Part shown: positions 18,843 to 29,142 of the stretch, piece after piece
Numbering within the stretch: position 1 is the stretch's first letter
Layout: each line of letters opens with the position of its first letter
Notes under the pieces: model-generated
Told to the model about the DNA's origin: nothing
The model's database searches: none
Seen by the model: only the letters and a program-made list of their open reading frames with translations
From: a virus
Lineage: Duplodnaviria; Heunggongvirae; Uroviricota; Caudoviricetes; Crassvirales
Strand: one strand, 5' to 3'
IMG/VR virus record: IMGVR_UViG_3300042691_023995
Location: 1-64,000 of that record
DNA: 64,000 nt
Translations under genes and position numbers: made by a program

Positions 18843-20093
18843 ATGCCTGAAAATCAATCTCTTCTGCAACAGCTGGAGCAGATGCTTCACTGGAAGAAAA
18901 GCAAAAAGTTTTATGCAGACAAACTAAACATTACAGAGAATGAAGTGGATGAGCTGTTGAAAGAATTAAAAGGTTCACAAGATGCTCAGAATGAGGCAGA
19001 GATAGCAAGCTATATTGGAGAACTGGAAGATGCAATTGTAAGGTTTTCCGAGGATATACAGAAGGGAACAGGTGAGGTGGTGTTCAACTCTAAGGAAGAA
19101 ATCAAGAGTTTGGACGAGTTGATTGAAAAGTGCAAGATTGATACAGACAAGTGGGAAATAACTAAATACGTACAAAACTACTGGGGAAATGCTGAACAGC
19201 CCCACTACCAAGTTAAAGCTTGGCTAGGAAAGAAGAAAGGTGAGCAGATATTCCAGGACAGCTTTGTTAGCTTCCTTGAGACATATGAACCTGTTTCTCC
19301 TGAAATAGTAGCTCCTAAGTTTGATTCATCCAAGAAAGAAGCATGTCTAATTATCAACAAGCAGGATTCCCATTTAAACAAGCTAGACGTAGGAGGAGAG
19401 AATGATATAGAACAGCGCTTCGGTGATTTCATCCAGAGGGTGGAAATAATCTTAAACCAAGCTGCTCTAGCTAACAATCTCACAGATATCAAATACATCA
19501 TTGGTTCTGATGAGTTCAACAGTGAGTTCACTAATACAACTACAAAGGGCACCCCACAACAAAACATCCTATCCTATCACGATTCTTTCCAAGCAATCTG
19601 TGATCATGAGGTGAGCGTGATAAACTTGCTTCTTCAAAGAGGTGGAGATGTGGAGGTGATATTTGTAGCTGGCAATCATGATGAATATGTAGGATGGCAT
19701 TTAGCCAGTTGGTTGAAAACCTACTTTAGAAACGAGGAGCGTGTGTTCTTTGACATCTCTCCAAGATATAGGAAGTACGTAAGTTATGGTAGCTCTGCAA
19801 TGATGTTTAATCACGGAGATGCTCTAAAGCCTGCTAAACTTGCGCACTTGTTCCCAATGGAGTTTAAACATGGATGGTCAGATCATGATAACTTCTACAT
19901 CTTTACAGGTGACAAACACCATGAGATGAGTTTAGATTTTAACGGTATTAAGTTCTATCAGCTTCCAGCTTTCTCCACAGCTAAAAGTAGCTGGGATGAT
20001 AAAAATGGATACACAATAAGCAAGGGAGAGGTGACAGGATTTTTGATAGACTACGATAACGGAATAACGAATATATTCAAACAGTATTTATAA
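18843..20093 (+). CDS. calcineurin-like metallophosphoesterase domain protein (C-terminal half), coiled-coil N-terminal half
   Basis: The compact motif series CDHEV - GGDVEV - VAGNHDE (about 19668-19686) and later FNHGD / GDKHHE fits the D-x-H ... GD ... GNH[DE] ... H ... H metallophosphoesterase signature. Confidence 0.5.
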   Translation: MPENQSLLQQLEQMLHWKKSKKFYADKLNITENEVDELLKELKGSQDAQNEAEIASYIGELEDAIVRFSEDIQKGTGEVVFNSKEEIKSLDELIEKCKIDTDKWEITKYVQNYWGNAEQPHYQVKAWLGKKKGEQIFQDSFVSFLETYEPVSPEIVAPKFDSSKKEACLIINKQDSHLNKLDVGGENDIEQRFGDFIQRVEIILNQAALANNLTDIKYIIGSDEFNSEFTNTTTKGTPQQNILSYHDSFQAICDHEVSVINLLLQRGGDVEVIFVAGNHDEYVGWHLASWLKTYFRNEERVFFDISPRYRKYVSYGSSAMMFNHGDALKPAKLAHLFPMEFKHGWSDHDNFYIFTGDKHHEMSLDFNGIKFYQLPAFSTAKSSWDDKNGYTISKGEVTGFLIDYDNGITNIFKQYL

Positions 20094-20821
20094 TGTCAAC
20101 TTTTAGGAAGTTAGTTTCAGATGTACGCTCTATGCACAAGTTGCTCTCCACGGACAACTTGATCACGGATAGAGCTGTTATGTCTGAAATTAAGAACAAT
20201 GCCTTCCTCCTGATAAAGCGTGAGACTAACTTGAGGAAGTTATGGGCAACCGATACAGTTTTTACTACCATCCCCTGCTTGGAGATGGTGGAAGTTCCTA
20301 TTTCTGAATGCTGTGATTACGCAGATCCTTGCACTGTAGCTAGAACTAAATTCAAGCTACCTCGTATTACTGAAGGTAACTATCAGTATGTGATTCAGGG
20401 TGTTTATTCTATAAACGCTATGAGTGGTCAAGGAAAGAAACTTAAGGAAATAACCATCAACCGATACGTAAACTTGCTCAAACTTCCCATCATTAAAAAG
20501 GAAGAATACTACTGGATTTCTAATGGATATTTGTATGTGAACAACCCTCTTTTGAAAGCAATCAGACTTGTTGCTCTTTTCGAGGAAGATGTTCCAAATG
20601 CAATTATGTATCCTGAATGTGGATGCGGAACTCCTGATTATACACCAGAGCAACTCTGTGTAAATCCATTAGACAAGGAGTCACCAGTTCCAGGCTATCT
20701 GGAAAAGCAAGTGTTAGAGCTCACTTCTCAAAAGCTTCTCTCTACGTATTTCAGATTGAAAACAGACATCACAAGTGATGGCGTTGATGGTCAAGCACCT
20801 AACGCCCCAAACTTGAGATGA
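20093..20821 (+). CDS. hypothetical structural protein (242 aa)
   Basis: ATGA overlap with the metallophosphoesterase gene. Confidence 0.4.
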   Translation: MSTFRKLVSDVRSMHKLLSTDNLITDRAVMSEIKNNAFLLIKRETNLRKLWATDTVFTTIPCLEMVEVPISECCDYADPCTVARTKFKLPRITEGNYQYVIQGVYSINAMSGQGKKLKEITINRYVNLLKLPIIKKEEYYWISNGYLYVNNPLLKAIRLVALFEEDVPNAIMYPECGCGTPDYTPEQLCVNPLDKESPVPGYLEKQVLELTSQKLLSTYFRLKTDITSDGVDGQAPNAPNLR

Positions 20822-20822
20822 T

Positions 20823-21302
20823 ATGAGAGTGAAAATAGACTGGCGAAGCGCTAGTAAAGATAACTACAACAGTTTCTGCAAGAAGCATCCCTCCATCAAA
20901 CTTACATTTGATGAATGGAGAAACATCATCTATTCCTACAACGAGGCTTTCAAAGAATACATCCTAGAGACAGGAGAAAGAGCAAAGCTTCCATTTGGAT
21001 TTGGTGAGTTCTCTGTCAACAAAAAGAAGCGTAGAAAGATGAAAGGAAAGGATGGAAAAGAGGACTTTGTTAATCTTCCTATAGACTGGAAGAAGACAAG
21101 AGAAAAGGGTAAGAGGATTTACAACTTCAACTTCCACACTGAGGGATATTTCTTTGGATGGGTGTGGTTCAAGAACACAGCTAGATTTAGACAATCAAAT
21201 CTGTGGTATTTCAAAGCTTCCAGAAACACATCTAGACTGCTGTCACACTATCTAAAAACGGATGATAAATACCAACATCTTTATCACGAATGGAAAAAGT
21301 AA
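20823..21302 (+). CDS. basic (Lys/Arg-rich) protein (159 aa)
   Basis: Complete ORF. KKKRRKMKGKDGKED cluster. Confidence 0.4.
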   Translation: MRVKIDWRSASKDNYNSFCKKHPSIKLTFDEWRNIIYSYNEAFKEYILETGERAKLPFGFGEFSVNKKKRRKMKGKDGKEDFVNLPIDWKKTREKGKRIYNFNFHTEGYFFGWVWFKNTARFRQSNLWYFKASRNTSRLLSHYLKTDDKYQHLYHEWKK

Positions 21303-21307
21303 AATAG

Positions 21308-22279
21308 ATGTCATACTATTACAAATATAATTTCATCAGCCCTGAGCCTGTGTATTCCACTGTTAAGGAGGAATTCAAAAGTTATTTTGATACAGGAGCT
21401 GTTGACGATTTAATGTTCCCTACCTACTTAGACAAGTGTCTAAGAAAGCTAGGTAGAACCACTTATGTGATTTCTCAGGAAATCCTACACATCTGTGACT
21501 ACGAAGCTAGACTTCCAGACAACTTCTATGCTGTTCGTGAAGCATGGCTTTGTACAGCTGTAAATGGCTATCCCTATCAACAGGCTAACTCTTTCTATTC
21601 ACAGGCTGCCAGTTCTACAACAATTCAGGTGAGCCCTGTAATTGTGTATGGTAACCCTTGTAATGAGGGTGGATGTGACAATCCTTTCTGCCCTAAGTGT
21701 ATGCCTGATTTGGTACAAGCTGTCTACAAGACAAACAACCAAGCCCCTGTGCTATATCGAAAGGAATATCTTCTCAAGCCTGGTAATATCTCCGCACAAG
21801 ATAACTGTGGTGTAGACTATACCAGCAATTGGGAATTCTATCAAGAGGCACCTCCTCTACGTGAGTTCACTCCAGGATCTGCTGGTTATGACTCATTTGA
21901 CATCAGAGACAATAAGTTTGTAACAAACTTCCGAAATGGTGTTGTACATCTTCTTTTCTATGCTACAGAATATGATGCTGGTGGAAATCAGCTAATTCCT
22001 GACAACTATCGTATCAGGGAGTTTATTGAGGCTTTCATCAAATACAAAGTGATTGAAACTCTCACCAATCAGACCAACGATGAGACTTTCAACCAGCTTC
22101 AAACCAAGCTAGCTTTCTATAAACAACAGGCTGATGAAGCATTCATCATGGCTGATATTGAGATTAAGAAGCAAGATCCTTGGACTAAGCAGCGTAGGAT
22201 TAAGAATGACTTGAACAGATTTAATATGTATGAACTCCCTAACCGTACTAACAGATATGGTTGGAGACGAAATAACTAA
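21308..22279 (+). CDS. Cys-rich structural protein (323 aa)
   Basis: Complete ORF. CNEGGCDNPFCPKC cluster. Confidence 0.4.
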   Translation: MSYYYKYNFISPEPVYSTVKEEFKSYFDTGAVDDLMFPTYLDKCLRKLGRTTYVISQEILHICDYEARLPDNFYAVREAWLCTAVNGYPYQQANSFYSQAASSTTIQVSPVIVYGNPCNEGGCDNPFCPKCMPDLVQAVYKTNNQAPVLYRKEYLLKPGNISAQDNCGVDYTSNWEFYQEAPPLREFTPGSAGYDSFDIRDNKFVTNFRNGVVHLLFYATEYDAGGNQLIPDNYRIREFIEAFIKYKVIETLTNQTNDETFNQLQTKLAFYKQQADEAFIMADIEIKKQDPWTKQRRIKNDLNRFNMYELPNRTNRYGWRRNN

Positions 22280-22284
22280 TACTA

Positions 22285-25200
22285 ATGGCTGAATTGGAAA
22301 AGGGCAATATTAAACAGGAGTACAATAATGCTACCACTGGTCTTAACATGGACCAAACTGTTAACCAGATCCAAAAGGGTAGGTTAACTTATGCATTGAA
22401 TGCTGCTGTTGAAAACTTTGATGCTAATTCTGTAAACTATCAGAATGAGCCAGGGAACGAACTTTGTGTTACGTTCCCTTCTGGCTTTATACTTATAGGT
22501 ACCCACTTCATCCAAGAGAAGAACAAACACATATTCTTCATCACTAATCCAGAAACTGGCGGAAGTCAGATTGGATATATGGAGAACAATGATTGTGTGT
22601 ATCGTGTGATTGTAAATGCTCCCTGTCTTAACTTTAACATTGACCATCCCATTCATAAGGTGGCGCATAAGATTACTAATTGCACCACTGAAATATATTG
22701 GACAGATGGATTTAATCCTAGGAGATACCTAGATATTGATGATGTACCAAAAGTTCTAAAATCTGGAACTCCTTTCTGCGATCCAGAATATACAGACGAT
22801 CTAGACTGTAATCAACTTAAGCTTCAACCCAACTTTAAGATTCCTCAACTGGAGGTAACTGATGTTACAAGCACAGGTAATCTGATTGCTGGTACATATC
22901 AGTTTGCTATACAATACTCTGATCCTCAGGGTAATCCGTACACTTCCTACTATTCCATCACTAACCCAACACCAATCGCTGATCCATTCATTACATCAGT
23001 GAACTTCAACTATCCTGTTGGGAAATCTATCATCCTCAATATAAGCAATCTTGAGGACACTGGACTATACCAGTATTTCAACCTGGCAGTGATTAAGACA
23101 GTGAATGACATCACTTCTGTAGAACTGGTGGGCACCTACTATATTGACAACCTCCAGAAACAAATCACATACACTGGTCAGAACGTTACACAGATTCGTT
23201 TGACCATCAATGATATATTTGAGAAGTTCCCTTATTATGACGTTGCACAAGACCTCACAAATGCGCAAGATGTTTTAATCTGGGACAATCTTACATCTAT
23301 TGATCGTATCAACTATCAAAGCATTGCTAATCAGATTCCTCTGCTATGGGAAACTTATCGTATCCCTGCCACAGAAAACTATGCAGACGAACTGAATGCC
23401 ACCAATCTCAGAGGTTATCTAAGAGATGAGGTGTATGCTTTTGAAATAGTATTCTTGCTTAAGAATGGTAAGCAAACTGATGGATTCCACATTCCTGGTA
23501 GAATCAAAGGTCCTGCAGAGAACTTGCAACCTGATGTTCCAGATACCAACCCAGACTTTATAGGCGTTCCTGATTACACATCTGGAGGAGTAGGATATTC
23601 CCCATATTGGAAAATCTACAACACAGGATCTGTAATTGGTACAAGTCCTGGTTATTCACCAGCTCCTGACTACAAAGGACCATACCAATATGGTCAATTT
23701 GCATATTGGGAGTCTACAGACACCTATCCTTGTAACAAAGATGTATGGGGTGATTTAGCTGGCCAACCAATCAGACATCACAAGTTTCCTGATATTAATG
23801 TAAGCCCTGCTTACGAATCAAAGATATTCACAGGACCTGGTGGAATGGTGATGGGTAATGATGCAGTGTTCCCTATTGGTGTACGTATTGACGTACAACA
23901 GGTATCTGCTCTCATTCAGTCTTCTAGTCTTACAGATGATCAGAAGAGTGATATTGTGGCATTTAAGATTGTTCGTGCTGATCGTGGCACTAATAAGTCT
24001 ATCATTGCTAAGGGTATTCTTAGGAATGTAAATACATACGAGAGAGAAGAAGAGATTTACTACTATCCTAACTACCCATACAACGATCTTAACGCAGATC
24101 CATTCCTTAATACAACAAACAATGCCTATTCACAAATCTGTGATGGGTATAATGTATTTATAGACACACTTGCTGTAGATCCTGCTGGAGGACCTGACTT
24201 TGCAGAAATAGAATGGACAGATTGTAATACAAACAAACTTACAAAGAAGAAGGTTCTTGCCATTGGTGTCTATCCATTTTGCTCAATTGGTAAACCTAGA
24301 ATCCTTGGACCTGCAACAGGTAAAGTGGGACTTTCTACATATGAAGTGTGGACTGCCCAGGTTTGTAACACAAGTCCTTTTGGATTTGCACAAGGTGGTA
24401 GAATTGAGTGGGATGATATCTACACTGGTATAACCACAGATTGGGTATCTGGATGGCCCACATTCCCAACACTTACATTATATGTAGTTCCTGGAACTGT
24501 TCCTGTACAAATTGAAGGACCTGGTGAAATATGTTTCAATGGTCCTACACTTGTGACAGGACCTGATTGTAAAGGAGAAAATCCTCAACCAGGATTTACA
24601 GAGAAATACAGACAGATATTCAACTCTCCTGAAACTTCATTTGGACAGCCATTCTTGGGTGATATTCTAAAGCTTGAGAGTGTGATGTTTGGTAGAGGCA
24701 AGGCTCACTTTGTTGAGGTGAAGGATAATGCTAAGTATAAGCTCTTAACAGAAGAAGCTCAGCGTGATGCTCTTGAAAGTGCTGAAGACTTAGGAGATAT
24801 CACCACACCGTTTAACGCCACTGCTATGTTTACAGCATATCAGGCGTATTTGACAATATATGTAAACGGTATCACAAGAAAGAACTATGCCTACTCTTTC
24901 AACTCTATAGCTGATTATAACTATGGAGTGGGAGTTCCTGATAACCTTGGCATCAAGCAAAGAACTCTAGACATTGCTAGATATTTGATTCCTGGTGTTT
25001 TGAACGTTGGTGATATACATAATATCAACAACTTCCAAAGAGAATCATCTGTCTACCTAAGAACTGACCTAACTAAGACAGCTCTTCCTTTCCCAGACCA
25101 GAGCCCTAATATGCTATCTGGAGGAAATCCTATAGTGACAGACATTTCGAGATTTACCATCTCTGAAAAAAACAAATGTCAAGCTCCTGCTAGGGAAGAA

Positions 25201-27360
25201 GACATATCTGTTGTTTCCTACTATGCATCTCTTAAGAATGTGTTTGTCAATCAGTACGGACAGATCTATTCTTATGACACTGTAGACACTGGTTTCCAAG
25301 CACTTGTAGATGACATCACTCCTAATGTATCAACTATATTTGGTGGTGATACATTCATCAGCAGATTTGCTTTCAAGACCAAACTTCCATTCTTCATAGA
25401 TAATCGTGTAAATGCTCCTGATGATAGTGATATATTCTACGATGAGATTGGTAATATAGCCTATCCAAAATACTGGCACTCAGCACGTTCCATCCTGAAA
25501 GATTATGCAATCACAGGTGTGGGCGTACTATCAAACATCATATCTTACAAAGCTCACAACTTTGACTGTCCAAACAGTCAATTTGTAGCTCCTGGACAAC
25601 CTAAGGATAGCAATCCTGGAAGAACCTATTACGATGGATATTTCTATCTGTTTGCATATGGTATTCCTAACTTCTATTGTGAGAGCTCTTACAACGTAGA
25701 TTTACGTCAGGCATTCAACAATAGAGAAGGTGACTTCTGGCCTCACGTGAGCACAGGTATTCCTGATGACTGGGTGCAGCAGAGCTTTGTTCCTATTATT
25801 CAGGACAACACCTACTACTATAATGTAACCTATTCTAAACAGAACAGGGAGAACACATTTACCCATTTGCCTATCGACTGGGACAAACCTTGCTATACAT
25901 ACTATCCATTCAGAGCTATCTATTCTGATTCTCAGAACATTGATTCTGATAACAGAGTGAATAGCTGGTTGATTTACAGAGCCATATCTTACTATGATTT
26001 CCCACAGAACTATGGAAATCTGATATCTCTAGACGGAATCCAGAACAGAGCTGTTCTTGCTCGCTTTGAGAACAAGACACTCATGTACAACAACCTTCTT
26101 ACGATAGATACAAGTAACCCTCAGGCTGCATACGTAGGTAATCCTATGCTGTTCAGAGGAGCACCTCCAATTGACTTTGCAGAAACTGATTTAGGATATG
26201 TAGGAAGTCAAAACAAGATGTTGTTGAAGATCCCACAAGGACAAGTGACTGCAGATGCTAAACGTGGTCAAATCTTCCTCATTAGTGGTACACAGGCTGT
26301 GGACATATCTGGATTTGGTTCAGGAGTAAACAGGTTCCTTACAGACCACTTAGCGTTTGAAATCTTACGTTACTTCCCCAAGGTAAACACTGATAACAAC
26401 TATGCAGGTATTGGTTTGCATGGTGTATATGATAGTAAGTATGACCGTGTGTTAATCACTAAGCTTGATTACATTCCAAAAAGAAATGATATTGTATATG
26501 ATGAGGTTACAAAAGAGTTCTATATAGTTAAAACTGTTAACGGTTTAACTATTAAAACTCCTGTAAACTTAACTGACCAAGAATACTTCTGTAACAAGAG
26601 TTGGACATTATCCTTCAACTTTAATACTAAGAGCTGGATAAGTTTCCATACATATCTGCCTAACTGGTATATTGGAGAGAACAACTTCTTCTATTCTGGT
26701 ATTAATGGATGCTGTGAAGACTTTGAGGTGATTGCTGGTATACCTGGACCTGTTCCAACCACCACTACTACTTCTAGTACATCTACCACATCTACCAGTT
26801 CTACTACTACAACCACTACAACACGTGATTGTCGTCTTGAAGGAGAAGTTGAGATTACAGATTGTCCTCTTGATGGAACAGCTATTGTAACTGTACCTGC
26901 TCCAAATCCTCCTTGTGAAAGACCTCAAGGATTAACTCAAGAGGCGTTCTTTACAGGATATGATATAATTATTCCGCCAAGCAACACTGTATCTACAGGA
27001 AGTGCAACAGACGCATGTGATGCTGTAAACTACCTGAATACATTCGGTGGAAGCTATGTGAATGTTATTCCTACATACGTCCTAGTAGAATACCAAGGAT
27101 TGTACATAGGATCTGATGTATACATATTCAACGGTACAACAGACTGTGAGACTATTCCTGATGGCTGGTATTTCACAGGAGCATCTCAGGCAGTGAATAC
27201 AGTGTTCCATGTGGTGGGTGGTGAAATCTCAATGATTGTTGTTTGTCAACCTACAACAACTACAACATCAACTAGTAGCACAACAACTACTACAACCACT
27301 ACAATAGTTCCTGTTGATTGTATATTTGGTGGAACAGCAGAGGAAACAGCACCTTTATAA
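22285..27360 (+). CDS. very large structural (tail/tailspike-like) protein (1691 aa) with a C-terminal module delimited by two poly-Thr linkers
   Basis: Complete ORF. Thr/Ser linkers at about 26752-26826 and 27250-27312 bracket a roughly 140-aa Cys-containing module. Confidence 0.55.
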   Translation: MAELEKGNIKQEYNNATTGLNMDQTVNQIQKGRLTYALNAAVENFDANSVNYQNEPGNELCVTFPSGFILIGTHFIQEKNKHIFFITNPETGGSQIGYMENNDCVYRVIVNAPCLNFNIDHPIHKVAHKITNCTTEIYWTDGFNPRRYLDIDDVPKVLKSGTPFCDPEYTDDLDCNQLKLQPNFKIPQLEVTDVTSTGNLIAGTYQFAIQYSDPQGNPYTSYYSITNPTPIADPFITSVNFNYPVGKSIILNISNLEDTGLYQYFNLAVIKTVNDITSVELVGTYYIDNLQKQITYTGQNVTQIRLTINDIFEKFPYYDVAQDLTNAQDVLIWDNLTSIDRINYQSIANQIPLLWETYRIPATENYADELNATNLRGYLRDEVYAFEIVFLLKNGKQTDGFHIPGRIKGPAENLQPDVPDTNPDFIGVPDYTSGGVGYSPYWKIYNTGSVIGTSPGYSPAPDYKGPYQYGQFAYWESTDTYPCNKDVWGDLAGQPIRHHKFPDINVSPAYESKIFTGPGGMVMGNDAVFPIGVRIDVQQVSALIQSSSLTDDQKSDIVAFKIVRADRGTNKSIIAKGILRNVNTYEREEEIYYYPNYPYNDLNADPFLNTTNNAYSQICDGYNVFIDTLAVDPAGGPDFAEIEWTDCNTNKLTKKKVLAIGVYPFCSIGKPRILGPATGKVGLSTYEVWTAQVCNTSPFGFAQGGRIEWDDIYTGITTDWVSGWPTFPTLTLYVVPGTVPVQIEGPGEICFNGPTLVTGPDCKGENPQPGFTEKYRQIFNSPETSFGQPFLGDILKLESVMFGRGKAHFVEVKDNAKYKLLTEEAQRDALESAEDLGDITTPFNATAMFTAYQAYLTIYVNGITRKNYAYSFNSIADYNYGVGVPDNLGIKQRTLDIARYLIPGVLNVGDIHNINNFQRESSVYLRTDLTKTALPFPDQSPNMLSGGNPIVTDISRFTISEKNKCQAPAREEDISVVSYYASLKNVFVNQYGQIYSYDTVDTGFQALVDDITPNVSTIFGGDTFISRFAFKTKLPFFIDNRVNAPDDSDIFYDEIGNIAYPKYWHSARSILKDYAITGVGVLSNIISYKAHNFDCPNSQFVAPGQPKDSNPGRTYYDGYFYLFAYGIPNFYCESSYNVDLRQAFNNREGDFWPHVSTGIPDDWVQQSFVPIIQDNTYYYNVTYSKQNRENTFTHLPIDWDKPCYTYYPFRAIYSDSQNIDSDNRVNSWLIYRAISYYDFPQNYGNLISLDGIQNRAVLARFENKTLMYNNLLTIDTSNPQAAYVGNPMLFRGAPPIDFAETDLGYVGSQNKMLLKIPQGQVTADAKRGQIFLISGTQAVDISGFGSGVNRFLTDHLAFEILRYFPKVNTDNNYAGIGLHGVYDSKYDRVLITKLDYIPKRNDIVYDEVTKEFYIVKTVNGLTIKTPVNLTDQEYFCNKSWTLSFNFNTKSWISFHTYLPNWYIGENNFFYSGINGCCEDFEVIAGIPGPVPTTTTTSSTSTTSTSSTTTTTTTRDCRLEGEVEITDCPLDGTAIVTVPAPNPPCERPQGLTQEAFFTGYDIIIPPSNTVSTGSATDACDAVNYLNTFGGSYVNVIPTYVLVEYQGLYIGSDVYIFNGTTDCETIPDGWYFTGASQAVNTVFHVVGGEISMIVVCQPTTTTTSTSSTTTTTTTTIVPVDCIFGGTAEETAPL

Positions 27361-27372
27361 AAGAAAATATAA

Positions 27373-28236
27373 ATGGCAAAGACAATCATCATAAAGTTAA
27401 CTAGCTCAGGTCCTTCAATAGGTCCATTCACAATCTCTGATGAGTTTGGAAACGTTATTGCAACTAACGTTTCTAAAGCTGATTTGATTGCTGGAGTGAG
27501 CTATAGCGTAGGTGATGATGTTAATATTGTTGTAATAGAATCCACTGGTAAGTGTAAGAGCAAGAAGAGTTTCCCAGTTGGTGTAGTGACACCTAATGAT
27601 TTGGCATTCGATGGATACAAACAAATCAAAACTGCTTGTATCTGGAGGCACCTGACTAACCCAGAGATATACAATACATTCTATGGAAACATAGAACCTT
27701 ATATCATCGAGTATCCTTTTGCCTACCAATACTACGATGAAATCCTTCAGAGTGTACAGGATTACACTAAGTCATACAAATACCTTCCTACAGACGATGG
27801 TATTTTCAACGACAACAGAAGGATAGCTACTAATAACTACTTCAACAAGGCTGTTCTATATAACGATCAGCAGTCCACTGGTATACTTGAGTTGGTTCCT
27901 AAACCAATCAACAACCTGAAGGAATACATGAAGTATCCTATATATAGCACTGATAGTAAGACAATTACATTCACAAAGAGTGATAACTTCTATCAGTATA
28001 ACACATTCTGGTCATTGGTTAGAGATAAGGCTGTACCTCTGTTTGTAAAGAGCTGTGAATCTCTATCTATAGACAAGCTTGTGAATCAACCTAATATGGA
28101 CTACGGCAAGAGATCTTTCAAGAAAGAACCTCTAAGAGCTAAGGATCTAAAGGTGAGACACATTCTGGACAATAGTTCAGAAACTCATTTGGTTTCCCAG
28201 TTTATTTACACACCTGCTCAAATCTCTTACAAATAA
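27373..28236 (+). CDS. structural protein (287 aa) sharing its N-terminal domain with ORF 17827
   Basis: SSGPSIGPFTISDEFGNVIATNVSKADLIAGVSYSV...VVIESTGKC aligns with the N-terminus of the 17827 protein. Confidence 0.45.
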   Translation: MAKTIIIKLTSSGPSIGPFTISDEFGNVIATNVSKADLIAGVSYSVGDDVNIVVIESTGKCKSKKSFPVGVVTPNDLAFDGYKQIKTACIWRHLTNPEIYNTFYGNIEPYIIEYPFAYQYYDEILQSVQDYTKSYKYLPTDDGIFNDNRRIATNNYFNKAVLYNDQQSTGILELVPKPINNLKEYMKYPIYSTDSKTITFTKSDNFYQYNTFWSLVRDKAVPLFVKSCESLSIDKLVNQPNMDYGKRSFKKEPLRAKDLKVRHILDNSSETHLVSQFIYTPAQISYK

Positions 28237-29141
28237 TGGCAAAGAAACTCACATCAGCAAAAGCAAAGGAAATCCTACACGACAAGAGCGTGCATGGGCA
28301 TCCTTTGACAGACAAGCAAAGAAGATTCTTCGGTGCTATAGCTGGAGGTGCTAAGCCTTACAAAGCTGAGGAAGGTGGATGGTTGGATAAGTATGAACAA
28401 GGAGGATTGGTATTGAAGCAAAAGAAACAAGATAACTACGGTAAAAAAGGCAACTATAACGACTATACAATATCCACTCCCCCAGGATTTGTAGGTATGG
28501 GTAATAACCTCAAAGGTCGCAACTACAGTCCTGCGTGGGGTGGACAGTTTCAAGATGGTGGTAATTTGATGCCTGCTATGGCTGGAGCTAACCAAACTGT
28601 TCCTATGGCTCAATTGGGAGACAGTGTTAAACCCATCCCAATGCAATTAGCAATGGGAGGAAGTCTTCCTGGTGCTGTTGGGTTCACGTACGCACGCACG
28701 GTGGGAGCTGCTCCTGACAATGGTCCATATGCTAAGAAGACAAAGGCTAGTGCACAGAATGGACAGGAGATGAAATACTACCAAGCAGGACTAGATTTCA
28801 AACCTAAGACTATTAGTCAAGATGGGTCTGTTATAGATCCTGAAGGATACTGGAACCCAGACAACTGGGGTAAATCAGTTATCATCCCATCCACAGATAT
28901 CACTATGAAGGGTGTGGATCAACCACTAATTGGTGTATCTGACACAGGAGATGTACAATATATGGAGCCTGGAGAGGATTATGAATTTGATGGTGAATAT
29001 GTAACAGAATATCCTGTAGCTAAGGGAGGAATTAGTGTGAATAATGCTGATGCTCAACCTATTAAAAAGTTAGATCAATTACTTAACTTTACAAACTATA
29101 ACAAACCAACCAAGGGCGGCTGGTTAGATAAATATAATTGA
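28236..29141 (+). CDS. structural protein (301 aa) with a terminal GGWLDKY repeat
   Basis: GGWLDKY occurs near the N-terminus (EEGGWLDKYEQGG) and again at the extreme C-terminus (TKGGWLDKYN). Confidence 0.45.
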   Translation: MAKKLTSAKAKEILHDKSVHGHPLTDKQRRFFGAIAGGAKPYKAEEGGWLDKYEQGGLVLKQKKQDNYGKKGNYNDYTISTPPGFVGMGNNLKGRNYSPAWGGQFQDGGNLMPAMAGANQTVPMAQLGDSVKPIPMQLAMGGSLPGAVGFTYARTVGAAPDNGPYAKKTKASAQNGQEMKYYQAGLDFKPKTISQDGSVIDPEGYWNPDNWGKSVIIPSTDITMKGVDQPLIGVSDTGDVQYMEPGEDYEFDGEYVTEYPVAKGGISVNNADAQPIKKLDQLLNFTNYNKPTKGGWLDKYN

Positions 29142-29142
29142 T

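Noticed and set aside
27246-27431. Minus-strand ORF with a VVVVVVVLLVDVVVVVG segment
   Set aside because: It is the antisense of the poly-Thr linker codons in the 22285..27360 gene.
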